Assembly: GCA_963666345.1 (NCBI GenBank) | Contig: OY762721.1 | Coordinates: forward strand, 1,248,001 to 1,312,000 | Direction of reading: 5' to 3' | Origin: Desulfatiglandales bacterium | Lineage (GTDB): Bacteria; Desulfobacterota; DSM-4660; Desulfatiglandales; Desulfatiglandaceae | DNA length: 64,000 nucleotides | Shown: positions 39,007 through 52,036 of the stretch, one piece after another | Layout: each line of letters starts with the position of its first letter | Numbering within the stretch: position 1 is the first letter of the stretch | The notes under the pieces: generated by a model | The model's input: the letters and a program-made list of their open reading frames with translations, nothing else | Databases searched by the model: none | What the model was told of the DNA's origin: nothing | Position numbers and translations under genes: made by a program

Positions 39007-39903
39007 TTAGAGTTCAAAGGGCGTAAGGCTTTCAAAACCGTCGGAGGTCACCAGTATTGTCTGCTCAAACTGGGCGGAAAGGGACCCGTCCTCTGTGACC
39101 GCCGTCCACTGGTCGTCAAGTATGCGCAGTTCCTTTTTCCCGAAATTGATCATGGGCTCGATGGTAAAGACCATACCGGGGATCAGCGCCAGGCCTTCCC
39201 CCTTTCTTCCGTAATGCAAAACCTGGGGGGGTTCATGAAAGTCCAGCCCTACTCCGTGACCCACATATTCTCTGACTACGGAACAACCCTGTCCCTCGGC
39301 GTATCTCTGGATGGCCCATCCTATATCCCCCAGTTTTTTCCCAGGCCCCACCTGCTCCAGCCCCCTTTTGAGGCATTCCCTAGCGACTCCGACGATCTTA
39401 ACGGCATCACCGCCGGGGGTGCCTATAAAAAAGGTCTTGCTCATATCCGCGTAATAACCGTCAAGGATGGGGGTGACGTCAACGTTTACGATATCTCCAT
39501 CCTTGAGAATACGCTTTCCCGGAATACCGTGGCATATCTCTTCATTTACGGAAACACAGACACTCTTGGGATATCCCCTGTAATTCAAAGGGGCTGGAAT
39601 TGCTCCTCTTTTCAGGGTAAGTTCATGGACAAGTGTGTTGATCTCATCGGTATCCATTTCCGGCCTCAAATTCGCCTCAACAAGATCAAGGGTTTCAAGT
39701 GCGATCACACCCGCCTTTCTTATCCCTTCTATATCGGCCTTTTCCTTGAGTCTTATCCCGTAATTCTTCAAGTAGATCGATTTCAAGGCCTCATAAGACG
39801 GTTCTATCTCTTTTTTCAGGCAACAATTTTTGTATTTGAGCCCGCTTCCGCAGGGGCAGGGGTCATTACGCCCCACTTTTTTCTTCTTTTTTTTCAGTTT
39901 CAA
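39007..39903 (-). CDS. map: Type I methionine aminopeptidase with N-terminal SEC-C motif
   Basis: GRNDPCPCGSGLKYKNCC, then CHGIPG, DGYYAD, GHGVG..HEPP, TIEPMIN and SAQFEQT. Confidence 0.95.
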   Translation of the reverse strand: MKLKKKKKKVGRNDPCPCGSGLKYKNCCLKKEIEPSYEALKSIYLKNYGIRLKEKADIEGIRKAGVIALETLDLVEANLRPEMDTDEINTLVHELTLKRGAIPAPLNYRGYPKSVCVSVNEEICHGIPGKRILKDGDIVNVDVTPILDGYYADMSKTFFIGTPGGDAVKIVGVARECLKRGLEQVGPGKKLGDIGWAIQRYAEGQGCSVVREYVGHGVGLDFHEPPQVLHYGRKGEGLALIPGMVFTIEPMINFGKKELRILDDQWTAVTEDGSLSAQFEQTILVTSDGFESLTPFEL

Positions 39904-40343
39904 CTTCCATACCTCAAAGGATTAGTGTTTCACACGGCGCTCTTGTGCCGATTCGCTTGTACCTCTTAACAGAATTACGGATGGAAATCAAACGATGCGT
40001 CAGAATAGTGTTCGATTCATCTCTTTTACACACTCGGGCCGGAAGCCTAAAAAAGGCATACCTAATCCCCATTGCCTTGAGCGCTTTTCATCCTTTCTCG
40101 CCCCCCTATAAGGCCTCCGGAAAGAATCCCCCCTACGCTTGTACGTAAACAAGCAAAGGCATAAAAAAAAGGGCAGAGGTGTAAAAAGACCGGGGGGACC
40201 TTTTCAGTGAATTATGGCGGTTTACAGTAAAACCGGTTGAAAATCCCATTGTGAAAGGTTATGAAAATGCTCAACGACGGTTGGATTTAACCGGCAAGCG
40301 GATAAGGCATAAAAACTTTCAGATTAAATAAGGGCCCTGCGAC

Positions 40344-41579
40344 ATGATCTATCCCAGGCTTTCATATCTTGTTCCGGTCATATGCAGCAGAAGGATGCTC
40401 GTGGCTCTATTGATGGGCTTTGCCTGCGGCCTTCCCCTGCTCCTCACCATCACGTTGCTCCAGGCCTGGATGAAAGAGGAAGGGGTGGACCTCACGCTCA
40501 TCGGGCTGACCGCCCTTGTGGGCCTTCCCTACACGGTAAAATTTTTATGGGCCCCCGTTCTTGACCGTTTCACCCTCCCTTTTCTCGGACGCAGGCGCGG
40601 ATGGCTGCTTGTCGCGCAGATCTTTCTTGCCCTTTCCATTTTAGGCATTGCAGCTACCGATCCCTCAAAATCACCGATCCTGCTGACCTTTGCGGCATTT
40701 CTGGTAACATTTTTCAGTGCTTCCCAGGACATCGTAGTAGATGCATACAGGAGGGAGGACCTCCCTGACAGGGAACTCGGCCTCGGCTCCTCCCTTTATA
40801 TAAACGGATACAGGGTCGGGATGCTGCTTGCCTCCGGCGGCGGTCTCATCATGTCGGATCACATCTCCTTTCAGGTGGTCTACGCGATAATGGCGGCATG
40901 TATGCTTCCGGGGATAATAACCACGCTTCTGACCCCGGAACCCGGTATGGCGGAGGGCAGGCCTGAAACGATCAGGGATGCGGTGCTGGAACCGCTTTTG
41001 GAATATTTCCGACGTGACGGGGCAATGCTTATACTCCTTTTCATACTCCTTTACAAGATGGGGGATACCATGGCCGCCGCCATAACCACCCCCTTTTACC
41101 TGGATATAGGCTTTTCCAAGACCCAGGTCGGTACCGTTGTCAAGCTCTTCGGTTTCTGGGCCACCATCCTCGGCAGTCTCCTGGGTGGCGTATTGATGCT
41201 TCAGCTCGGTATAAACCGGTCCCTCTGGATCTTCGGTATACTGCAGGCCGCCTCCACATTCTGTTTTTCAATTCTTGCAGCGGTTGGTAACAACATCTCC
41301 CTTTTGTCAGGGGTAATCGCCTTTGAAAATCTTAGCAGCGGGATGGGTACCGCCGCCTATGCCGCTTTTATGGCAAGCATTACCGATAAGAGGTTCACCG
41401 CAACCCAGTATGCGCTTCTGACCAGCCTCATGGGTGTTCCCAGGGTCCTGGCATCCGCCCCTACAGGGATACTGGCCAAGAATTTAGGTTGGGAGGCATT
41501 TTTTATAATCTGCACATTAATAGCTATACCGGGTATGCTTCTTTTGTTAAGATGCGCCCCCTGGAATGAGAAAACCTGA
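40344..41579 (+). CDS. ampG: AmpG family muropeptide MFS transporter
   Basis: KFLWAPVLDR..GRRRGW, SASQDIVVDAYR and ATQYALLTSL. Confidence 0.93.
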   Translation: MIYPRLSYLVPVICSRRMLVALLMGFACGLPLLLTITLLQAWMKEEGVDLTLIGLTALVGLPYTVKFLWAPVLDRFTLPFLGRRRGWLLVAQIFLALSILGIAATDPSKSPILLTFAAFLVTFFSASQDIVVDAYRREDLPDRELGLGSSLYINGYRVGMLLASGGGLIMSDHISFQVVYAIMAACMLPGIITTLLTPEPGMAEGRPETIRDAVLEPLLEYFRRDGAMLILLFILLYKMGDTMAAAITTPFYLDIGFSKTQVGTVVKLFGFWATILGSLLGGVLMLQLGINRSLWIFGILQAASTFCFSILAAVGNNISLLSGVIAFENLSSGMGTAAYAAFMASITDKRFTATQYALLTSLMGVPRVLASAPTGILAKNLGWEAFFIICTLIAIPGMLLLLRCAPWNEKT

Positions 41580-41623
41580 TAGAAGCACGTCCGCTAAAGA
41601 CCACATGACGGAGGAAAAACCAG

Positions 41624-42133
41624 GTGAAGTGTTCGACATGCGGTAAAGAAACCGCAGAAGATAAAATTGTACGGATAGACGATGAGCCTGTGTGCGTTGA
41701 CTGCCTGTTCGGAGAAGTAACGCCCTTTACGATCAGGCCGATAGGTATTGTAAAAAATGACAAAAAAAGGAAAAAAACGGGATTCGGCACAACGGGCGGG
41801 GATATCTCCGTAATACATCTCCTTCCCGGCATGACTCGTTTCATGAAGGGGTTGAGCGAGGAAACCCACCTCATGATAGTATGGTATATACATAATGCCG
41901 GGGCGGTCAGAACCGACTTTTCACGCGGCTGGGACGGAAAGAGGGTCGGACCTTTCGCCTCCCGTACCCCGGACAGGGTGACCCCCATAGGGGTAACAGA
42001 CGTTGAACTGCTTGAGGTAGACTCCGACAGGCTTACGGTAAAAGGGCTGGATGCCGTTGATGGAACTCCGGTTCTGGATATAAAGGTAGGGATGGAGAGT
42101 CTTGAAAGAACCGGAAGGAAAAACTATTCATGA
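41624..42133 (+). CDS. TsaA/TrmO (YaeB)-like SAM-binding protein with N-terminal CxxC..CxxC
   Basis: PIGIV, GPFASRTPDRVTPIG and LDAVDGTPVLDIK. Confidence 0.8.
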   Translation: MKCSTCGKETAEDKIVRIDDEPVCVDCLFGEVTPFTIRPIGIVKNDKKRKKTGFGTTGGDISVIHLLPGMTRFMKGLSEETHLMIVWYIHNAGAVRTDFSRGWDGKRVGPFASRTPDRVTPIGVTDVELLEVDSDRLTVKGLDAVDGTPVLDIKVGMESLERTGRKNYS

Positions 42134-42876
42134 AAAAATTAAAGGCCATAGGCTTTGATCTCTTTAATACATTGATAACGGTCGAGGCCCATGCCCTGGG
42201 CACCGCCCTTTCCAGGTTGATTCGAACCCTCAACATGGAAGGCATCCCGATTGAGGAGGATCAATTCGTTGAGGCGCACAGAAAAGCCGCAACAGGCTTT
42301 CTGGAGCAGATAAAAGCCACGGGCAGGGAGACGCACAACAGCTTCTGGATAAGTAAGGCCCTTGAAAACCTCGGTCATGATTACCCCCCTGATTCCCCTC
42401 AGGTCAGTGCCGCGGTTGATTCATACTTCAGTTCCTTTATCCTGCACTGCCATCTTATCCCGGGGACCCTGCAACTGCTTGAAACCCTGGGACATGGTTA
42501 CAGGCTGGGCATGCTTTCAAATTTTACGCACCCCCCTGCTGCAAGAGAAATTATCCATGCACTGGGGATATCAAAGTTCTTTGATACGATACTCATATCA
42601 GGAGAAATCGGTTTCAGAAAGCCCCACCCTCTTGTCTTTAAGATGCTCCTGGAAGAGTTGGAGGTGAGGCAGGATGAATTGATATATATCGGAGATGACC
42701 CTGAAGCGGATATTGAAGGTGCCCTGAGATCAGGTATAAGGCCCGTGCTTACGACATATGTAAGGGATAATAATATAGCCTACGCGCCGGGGATCCTCTC
42801 CCGGGGATATGAGCAGGTGGATCCGGGGATAGAAACGATTTCAGACTGGCAGGATCTGTTGGGCCTTATCCGGTAG
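42130..42876 (+). CDS. HAD family hydrolase
   Basis: FDLFNTL, LSNF, RKPHP and IGDDPEADIEGA. Confidence 0.9.
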   Translation: MKKLKAIGFDLFNTLITVEAHALGTALSRLIRTLNMEGIPIEEDQFVEAHRKAATGFLEQIKATGRETHNSFWISKALENLGHDYPPDSPQVSAAVDSYFSSFILHCHLIPGTLQLLETLGHGYRLGMLSNFTHPPAAREIIHALGISKFFDTILISGEIGFRKPHPLVFKMLLEELEVRQDELIYIGDDPEADIEGALRSGIRPVLTTYVRDNNIAYAPGILSRGYEQVDPGIETISDWQDLLGLIR

Positions 42877-42890
42877 AAGACAGGAATTCT

Positions 42891-44453
42891 TTATTTGGCA
42901 TATTCCACTGCCCGTGTCTCCCTGATTACCGTGACCTTTATCTGTCCGGGATAACTCAATTCCTTTTCTATCTTCTTTGCAATATCCTTGCATATGATAA
43001 AGGACTGGTCGTCGTTTATTTTCTTTCCCTCCACCATGATCCTTATCTCTCTGCCTGCCTGTATTGCAAAGGCGTTGTTAACTCCGTTAAAGGACGTGGC
43101 AATCTTCTCAAGGCCTTCAAGCCGCTTGACATATGATTCAAGCATCTCCTGGCGCGCACCGGGCCTGGCTCCCGAAAGGGTGTCGGCGGCCTGGACCAGG
43201 ATGTCAAGTACGCTCTCCGGTTCCACCTCTTCATGATGAGCTGAAATGGCGTGGACCACCCGGTTTGACTCCCCGAATTTCTTCGCCAGATCGGCGCCTA
43301 TAATGGCGTGAGGCCCTTCCACCTCATGATCAACGGCCTTTCCTATGTCATGCAGAAGGCCCGCCCTTTTTGCCTGCTTCACGTTCTGGCCCAGCTCAGC
43401 AGCCATCACCCCGCAGATAAAACTGACTTCCCTTGAGTGCTGCAAGACATTCTGAGCGTAACTCGACCGGTATTTAAGGCGCCCTATGAGTTTTATCAGC
43501 TCCCGGTTGATCCCGTGGACACCCACATCGAATGTCGCCTGTTCCCCCGCCTCGAAAATAGCCGCTTCGACCTCCTTTTCCACCTTTGCGACGATTTCCT
43601 CTATCCTGGCAGGATGAATCCGTCCGTCCTCTATGAGCCTTTCAAGGGATATCTTTGCGACCTCCCTCCTTACCGGATTGAAACCTGAAAGGATCACCGC
43701 CTCCGGGGTGTCATCGACGATGAGGTCAATCCCGGTGGCAGCCTCTATTGCCCTTATGTTTCTTCCCTCCCGTCCGATAATCCGGCCCTTCATCTCCTCA
43801 TTGGGAAGACTGACGACGGATACCGTCTTTTCCGCTACATAATCCCCGGCATATCTCTTAACGGCAAGCGCAAGGATCTCCTGGGCCTTTCTGTCCGCCT
43901 CGGTCCGTGCCTCGTTTTCGATTTTCCGGATCAGTTTTGCGGAATCATGTTTTGCCTCTGATTCCATTGATTTTATCAGGACCTGTTTGGCCTCATCCCG
44001 CGAGATACCGGCAATCATCTCCAGCTCTTTTATCTGCTCTGCAATCAGGCGCTCATACTCCCGTTCTTTATCCTTCAGTCCCCTTTCGGCATTTTCAACG
44101 GCCCGTTCCCTTTCGGAGGTTCTGTTTTCCTTTTTTTCAAGCTGATCCATTTTCCTGTCCAGGTTCTCTTCTTTGTGAAAGAGCCGTTTTTCCTGGATAT
44201 GTATCTGCTCCTTTTTTTCTTTTGTCTCCTTTTCAAACTCGACTTTCATCTGAAAGAGGGTATCTTTGGCCTGAAGCATGGCCTCTTTCTTGGTTGTTCT
44301 GGCCTCTTTTTGAGCATCCTCCAGGATCTTTTTGGAATACGCCTCGATAGAATCTATCCTGCCCTGCTCCATCTTTTTTCTTACAAAAAACCCGATAAAA
44401 AGGCCTGTAATCATGCCCGCGGCAATCGCCCCGATTACGTATAATAATGTCAT
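42891..44453 (-). CDS. rny: Ribonuclease Y
   Basis: N-terminal TM, coiled coil, KH ([13 protein letters not shown]) and HD (LLHDIGK). Confidence 0.97.
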   Translation of the reverse strand: MTLLYVIGAIAAGMITGLFIGFFVRKKMEQGRIDSIEAYSKKILEDAQKEARTTKKEAMLQAKDTLFQMKVEFEKETKEKKEQIHIQEKRLFHKEENLDRKMDQLEKKENRTSERERAVENAERGLKDKEREYERLIAEQIKELEMIAGISRDEAKQVLIKSMESEAKHDSAKLIRKIENEARTEADRKAQEILALAVKRYAGDYVAEKTVSVVSLPNEEMKGRIIGREGRNIRAIEAATGIDLIVDDTPEAVILSGFNPVRREVAKISLERLIEDGRIHPARIEEIVAKVEKEVEAAIFEAGEQATFDVGVHGINRELIKLIGRLKYRSSYAQNVLQHSREVSFICGVMAAELGQNVKQAKRAGLLHDIGKAVDHEVEGPHAIIGADLAKKFGESNRVVHAISAHHEEVEPESVLDILVQAADTLSGARPGARQEMLESYVKRLEGLEKIATSFNGVNNAFAIQAGREIRIMVEGKKINDDQSFIICKDIAKKIEKELSYPGQIKVTVIRETRAVEYAK

Positions 44454-44893
44454 GGTATATTTCTACTCCTCACCGCGCCCCCGGAACAGGCGCCAATGGG
44501 GCTGAATCGTAATGATCAGCACGTTAAAGTATGGCACTTCAAGTGCATAAGGCAGGAAGAAGATATGTAAGGGGGGTAATAATTACGTAGGTATATCAGG
44601 ATAGATCAAGCCTTTATGATTGCAATATTTTCATCTGTTTACGGCTGCATTTCATAAAAACCTGTCATCTCCTCCAAAAAAGCCGACATCTTTCAAAAAA
44701 ATATCTATATCTATAAATCCATATTGGGTAAAAGCCCCTTTTGATGTATCTTTCAGCCCTGCACTTTCTAAAAAGCATCTTTCCCCAGGCGCAGCAAGCC
44801 TTAGCCGGCATGCTGTTTTCGGGTGATATACAATCACGACCCGCGTATTTTGAAATCGGTCTCTTCAGACGGTTTCGCTAAAAAAAGGCCGTG

Positions 44894-45175
44894 TTATTCC
44901 AAATAACTGTCGATCTGAAAGCTCAGAGTACGGGCTCGTTCCTGGATATCTCTTTCCAGGTTTTCGCGATCCTTTTTCTGCTGCAGGTATTCGCTTGCTA
45001 TATCAAAGGCTGCCAGTATAGCAATTTTTCTCTCCGAAAGCCCTTGGGTACTCTCCTTTATATCATTGAACCTCTCATTCACAAATTGAGCCACCCTTTG
45101 AATCTGAGCCTCATCATTATCACTTCTTATCAAATATTCCTGATTTAATATTTTTACTCTTACAGGCTTTTGCAA
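44894..45175 (-). CDS. zapA: Cell division protein ZapA
   Basis: VRVKILNQEY..VAQFVN..IAILAAFDIA; zapB-zapA-rny context. Confidence 0.9.
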   Translation of the reverse strand: MQKPVRVKILNQEYLIRSDNDEAQIQRVAQFVNERFNDIKESTQGLSERKIAILAAFDIASEYLQQKKDRENLERDIQERARTLSFQIDSYLE

Positions 45176-45192
45176 GGATTACCTCCAAGCTC

Positions 45193-45429
45193 TCAAAAGC
45201 CGATCTGTTCAATTTTCTCCAAAAGGGATATGACCTTCTGCCTTGCCATATCTCTTGACGACCTGAGTGAATCAAGCTCACGGTTTAAATCGACCAGTTT
45301 CTCCTCCTGGATCTGGGTCTTTTCAGAAAGAGACTCCTTTTCCTTTTTAAGGGCACTTACATGCTCAATGAGTTTATCTATCTTTTCTTCGAGTATCTGG
45401 AACTGGTCTATTTCTATGCTGTCTGACAT
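45193..45429 (-). CDS. zapB: ZapB-like coiled-coil protein
   Basis: LEEKIDKLI..LKKEKESL coiled coil immediately upstream of zapA. Confidence 0.75.
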   Translation of the reverse strand: MSDSIEIDQFQILEEKIDKLIEHVSALKKEKESLSEKTQIQEEKLVDLNRELDSLRSSRDMARQKVISLLEKIEQIGF

Positions 45430-45490
45430 GGTAGCACCTTTCTCTTTATTGTATTCTGGCATCCTATAGCCAAAACAGCCAAAGGTCAAT

Positions 45491-45522
45491 AAAAAAGGCA
45501 GGTCTGCCAGGCCTGCCTTTTT
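45491..45522 (-). terminator. Intrinsic terminator after atpC
   Basis: AAAAAAGGCAGG...CCTGCCTTTTT. Confidence 0.8.
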
Positions 45523-45552
45523 AAGGATATTTCTAAAAAAACTATAAGGTTA

Positions 45553-45960
45553 TCATATTTTTTTTGCCACCTTCAAACGGATCAAGGCCCTTTTAAGAGC
45601 AGACTCCACCCTGAGAAAGTCCAAATCCTTATGGCCTTTTTCCTTTTTTATCCTCTCTTTTGCCCTTTCAAGTGCCCTGCGAGCCCTTTCCACATCTATA
45701 TCGCAGGCAAGCTCCGCCGAATCAACGAGTACGGAGACCTTGTTTTCCGAAACCTCGGCAAAACCGCTTGATACGGCAAGGCATTCTTCCTCGCCCTCGG
45801 CGACATATCTCATCTCCCCTGGAACGATCCCCGACAGAAAGGCTATATGGCCTTCCAGTACTCCGAACTCGCCCAGAGAGCCCGGCGCTACAACGCTTTC
45901 TACTTCCCGGCTTATGACAACATTTTCAGGTGTGACAACTTCAAGGTACAATTTTCCCAT
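45553..45960 (-). CDS. atpC: ATP synthase F1 epsilon
   Basis: LEVVTPE, GEFGVLEGH and SGFAEV. Confidence 0.96.
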   Translation of the reverse strand: MGKLYLEVVTPENVVISREVESVVAPGSLGEFGVLEGHIAFLSGIVPGEMRYVAEGEEECLAVSSGFAEVSENKVSVLVDSAELACDIDVERARRALERAKERIKKEKGHKDLDFLRVESALKRALIRLKVAKKI

Positions 45961-45976
45961 CTATTATCCTTAACCT

Positions 45977-48303
<2,327 letters not shown>

Positions 48304-48365
48304 CTATTTCCCTCTCCTGCCCCCGGCCCTGACATTCTTAAAGAAAGTGGCAGGGTAATGTCCGC

Positions 48366-49880
48366 CTATGCGGCCGGCTGGAAGATCCCCTCGAATTCTT
48401 CCAGGGCCTTTTCCAGTTTATCACCCAGTTCATCAGATATCTGTTTGGAGCCCTTGATCTCCTTTAATATATCAGGGTGGCTGCCGGCCATGAATTCAAG
48501 CATCTGTTTCTCGTAATCGCTCACAGCCTCGGCAGGCCATTTATCCAGAAAGCCTTTGGTTCCCGCATAGAGGATGGACACCTGGTTTTCTGCAGGCATC
48601 GGCTGATATTGCGGCTGTTTGAGGATTTCGACAAGCCTTCTTCCCCTTTCGAGCTGCCTCTGAGTGGCCTTATCAAGGTCACTTCCAAACTGGGCGAATG
48701 CCTCCAGTTCTCTGAACTGGGCCATGTCGAGCCTGAGTGTGCCTGCGACCTTTTTCATGGCCTTTGTCTGAGCCGCGCCTCCCACGCGCGATACCGAAAG
48801 CCCCACATTGATGGCCGGCCTGATCCCGGAGAAAAACAGGTTGGGTTCCAGGTACACCTGACCATCGGTAATGGAAATGACATTGGTGGGTATAAACGCG
48901 GACACGTCTCCCGCCTGAGTTTCTATGATCGGAAGGGCCGTAAGAGAACCCGCGCCCTTCTCGTCATTAAGCTTGGCAGCCCTTTCGAGCAGTCTTGAAT
49001 GGTTGTAAAATATGTCGCCCGGAAACGCCTCTCTTCCCGGGGGACGCCTCAGAAGCAGCGACACCTGTCTATAGGCGGTTGCCTGCTTGGAAAGGTCATC
49101 GTAGATGATAAGGGCGTGCTGTCCTTTATCCCTGTAGTACTCCCCGATGGCGCATCCCGCATAGGGGGCTATATACTGCTGCGTTGCGGGGTCACTGGCG
49201 CAGGCGGCCACCACAGTGGTGTATTCCATGGCACCGTTCCGCTCCAGCACGTCAACCACCTGGGCCACGGTCGATTTCTTCTGACCCACTGCGACATAGA
49301 TGCAGAAGATATCCGTATCCTTCTGGTTGATTATGGCATCCACGCATATGGCCGTCTTTCCGATCTGCCGGTCCCCGATGATCAGCTCCCTCTGTCCCCT
49401 TCCTATAGGCGTCATGGCATCGATCGCCTTGATGCCGGTGTACATCGACTCATTTACCGGCTGACGCTCGATAACACCGGGCGCGACAACCTCCAGACGG
49501 CGAAACTCCTTGGCGTCAATCGGCCCTTTTCCGTCCAAAGGCTGGCCCACGCTATCTATTACCCGTCCCAGGACCGCCTTGCCGACCGGAATTTCGGCGA
49601 TTCTGTTGGTCCTCTTGACGACGTCACCCTCCTTGATCCTGGCAACATCACCCATGACGGCGACACCGACATTATCCTCTTCGAGGTTCAGACACAAGCC
49701 ATAGATGTTTCCTGGAAATTCAACCATCTCCATGGCCATGGCCTTCTCAATGCCATAGACGCGGGCGATCCCATCTCCAACCGAAAGCACGGTCCCTGTT
49801 TCGCTTACCTCTACCTTTTTCTCATAATCCTTGATCTGATCCCGGATTATCTGACTTATCTCTTCTGCTCTGATCTCCAT
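48366..49880 (-). CDS. atpA: ATP synthase F1 alpha
   Basis: [14 protein letters not shown] and [10 protein letters not shown]. Confidence 0.99.
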   Translation of the reverse strand: MEIRAEEISQIIRDQIKDYEKKVEVSETGTVLSVGDGIARVYGIEKAMAMEMVEFPGNIYGLCLNLEEDNVGVAVMGDVARIKEGDVVKRTNRIAEIPVGKAVLGRVIDSVGQPLDGKGPIDAKEFRRLEVVAPGVIERQPVNESMYTGIKAIDAMTPIGRGQRELIIGDRQIGKTAICVDAIINQKDTDIFCIYVAVGQKKSTVAQVVDVLERNGAMEYTTVVAACASDPATQQYIAPYAGCAIGEYYRDKGQHALIIYDDLSKQATAYRQVSLLLRRPPGREAFPGDIFYNHSRLLERAAKLNDEKGAGSLTALPIIETQAGDVSAFIPTNVISITDGQVYLEPNLFFSGIRPAINVGLSVSRVGGAAQTKAMKKVAGTLRLDMAQFRELEAFAQFGSDLDKATQRQLERGRRLVEILKQPQYQPMPAENQVSILYAGTKGFLDKWPAEAVSDYEKQMLEFMAGSHPDILKEIKGSKQISDELGDKLEKALEEFEGIFQPAA

Positions 49881-50431
49881 TAGTTATCCCCACCCCTTCT
49901 TATTGATTCTTTCAAACCTTCCAGCTGTGCCCTGACACTGCCATCGAGTACCAAATCTCCAAGCTTAACCATCAGGCCCCCTATAAGGTCTTCATCTTCA
50001 CTGATCTCCATCTTTACCTCTTTTGAAGTAATATGCCCCAGAGCGGCCCGGAGCTTATCCAGAGCGTCCTTATCTAAGGGTCTCGCCGTAGTTACCTGAG
50101 CGCGGGTGATATTTGAAATCTCATCGGTCAGCCTGGCATAATATTCGTTTATGCCGGACATGGCTGAGATCCTGTTCCTGTCGAGCAGAAGTCGCAAAAA
50201 ATTATTAATGACATTGGATAGTTCTCCTTTACGGAGAACATTTTCCAGGACCTTTTTGCGATCCTCAACCGAAAATATCCGGCTGGAAATTACCTGAAAG
50301 AATTCCTCATTTTCAGAACAAAAACCGGTAAATTCCTGCAGATCCCGGCCATAGGTTTCATAATTTCCATCTTCAATGCCCAGGCTCAACAGGGCCTTTG
50401 CGTATCTTCTTGAGATCTTTGAACTGATCAA
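49880..50431 (-). CDS. atpH: ATP synthase F1 delta
   Basis: RRYAKAL and LIGG..DGSVR. Confidence 0.96.
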   Translation of the reverse strand: MISSKISRRYAKALLSLGIEDGNYETYGRDLQEFTGFCSENEEFFQVISSRIFSVEDRKKVLENVLRKGELSNVINNFLRLLLDRNRISAMSGINEYYARLTDEISNITRAQVTTARPLDKDALDKLRAALGHITSKEVKMEISEDEDLIGGLMVKLGDLVLDGSVRAQLEGLKESIRRGGDN

Positions 50432-51033
50432 TGCAGGGTACCTAACCTTTCTATGAATTCGTTGACAAGGTGATCCTGATCTTTGTCATTAATCTCTCTT
50501 CTTACAATCTCCTCCGCCTTGCCGGCCGCAATTTCGACCAACTCCTGTCTCAATCTGTCCCTTGCGGCCTGCACTTCCCTTTCAATGGTTTCATCGACCT
50601 GGTCAAGTATCTGAGATGCCCTTGCCTTTGCATGGGAAATGATCTTTTCCTTTTCCGCCTCCCCTTCGGCCCTGAACCGTTCGAGGATTTCCTCGCGGGA
50701 CTTTTCAAACTCCTTCAGCTTCTGCTCCAGTTCCTGATAGCGGTTTTCAGCCGTGTCTTTCTCCTTCTGTAGGCCTTCGAGTCTCTTTCCGATCTCCTCC
50801 CGTCTGGCCACGAAAAAATCCTTTAACGCGGTCTTCTTTACGACAAAAAAGAGTATGATCACAAGGAGGGCGAAATTGATAAAACGGTAGAGGAGGTTGG
50901 TCAGTTTTCCCCCGTCGTGTCCCCCTGCTCCTTCGGAGGCGAAGGTCGGAAAAGCAGTGAATGCCAGGCACAAAATCAGGGTAAGGAAGATGAAAAGAGA
51001 CAGTCTCCTTTTTCCAGCCGTAGTTAAGATCAT
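50428..51033 (-). CDS. atpF: ATP synthase F0 subunit b
   Basis: INFALL TM plus coiled coil; operon position. Confidence 0.92.
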   Translation of the reverse strand: MILTTAGKRRLSLFIFLTLILCLAFTAFPTFASEGAGGHDGGKLTNLLYRFINFALLVIILFFVVKKTALKDFFVARREEIGKRLEGLQKEKDTAENRYQELEQKLKEFEKSREEILERFRAEGEAEKEKIISHAKARASQILDQVDETIEREVQAARDRLRQELVEIAAGKAEEIVRREINDKDQDHLVNEFIERLGTLH

Positions 51034-51458
51034 TGAATGACCCTCCCAAGGACCTTTTCTGCAAGTTCATTGGAAAGCTCATCGGCATGGGCATCCAGCA
51101 CGCCCTTTATCTCTGCAATCCTTGCGTCTATGTCCTTTTGAGCCTCGTTAACGCTTTGCTCGGACGAACCTTGAGCTTCCTTTATCAAGGCATGCTCTTT
51201 TTCGATACCCAGGCCTTTGATCTTTTCCTTTTCAAGGTACCCCTCTTTTCTCGCCTTTATCATCCCCTCTTCAATCTCCCTGATGCCCTTGTCCGATTTA
51301 TCACTCAGATCACCAATGGAATTTTCAAGGGAACTCATCTCCTGATTTCTGCGGGAAATAATATCACGGATCGGTTTGTAGAGAAAAATATTGAGTAAAA
51401 GGAGAAGAATGAGGAAATTGGCAATCTGAAGGAATAGGCTGAAGTCTATATTCAACAT
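51030..51458 (-). CDS. ATP synthase F0 subunit b'
   Basis: QIANFLILLLLLNIFLYKPI plus coiled coil; second b-type gene. Confidence 0.9.
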   Translation of the reverse strand: MLNIDFSLFLQIANFLILLLLLNIFLYKPIRDIISRRNQEMSSLENSIGDLSDKSDKGIREIEEGMIKARKEGYLEKEKIKGLGIEKEHALIKEAQGSSEQSVNEAQKDIDARIAEIKGVLDAHADELSNELAEKVLGRVIQ

Positions 51459-51587
51459 TTCAAGTTAAGTCCTCTTTCTCTTGATTTATAAAAAGGCAAA
51501 TGTTCAGGTAGGCTCGGCCACTGTTCAGGCTAGATCTTATTATCAAATTTTCACGAAAAGTCAAATTACTTTTAATGAAAATGGAAA

Positions 51588-51953
51588 TTATTTATTCAAA
51601 AGGGCAATTTTCTTGTCAATATCCCCTTTTTTCCCGCGCATACTGCAGTGACCTTCAAAAATAACGCCCTCTTCCATAGTAACAACAGGGGCCTGGATAT
51701 TGCCGCTCACCTTTCCGGGTGAGCAGATCTCTATTCTGCTCTTCGCGATCAGAGTTCCTTTTGCCTGACCGCTGATGATTATTTTATCGGCATTTATGTC
51801 AGCCTCAACAATGGCAGTACTCCCTATAAGGAGAGTGCCTTCGGTAGATACCTCCCCCTTAAAATAACCGTCGATACGTACAGCTCCGGAAAAAGAAAGC
51901 TTTCCCTCGAATTCCGTATCTTTACCAAAAAAGGCGTTGAGTTTCTCTTTCAT
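51588..51953 (-). CDS. Bactofilin (polymer-forming cytoskeletal protein)
   Basis: FEGKLSFSGAVRIDG..GKVSGNI..GVIFEGHCSM. Confidence 0.92.
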   Translation of the reverse strand: MKEKLNAFFGKDTEFEGKLSFSGAVRIDGYFKGEVSTEGTLLIGSTAIVEADINADKIIISGQAKGTLIAKSRIEICSPGKVSGNIQAPVVTMEEGVIFEGHCSMRGKKGDIDKKIALLNK

Positions 51954-52036
51954 AAGTTTTTATTTCACTTTGCGGGCGGATCGGTGTGCGCTGATTAACA
52001 CATTATTGTCTGTTTTACAAGAAAAATTGCACCAGT

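Noticed and set aside
39214..39969. 251-aa antisense ORF over map
   Set aside because: Shadow ORF opposite a conserved gene
48477..49883. Long antisense ORFs over atpA (and similar ones over atpD)
   Set aside because: Typical reverse-frame shadows of highly biased genes
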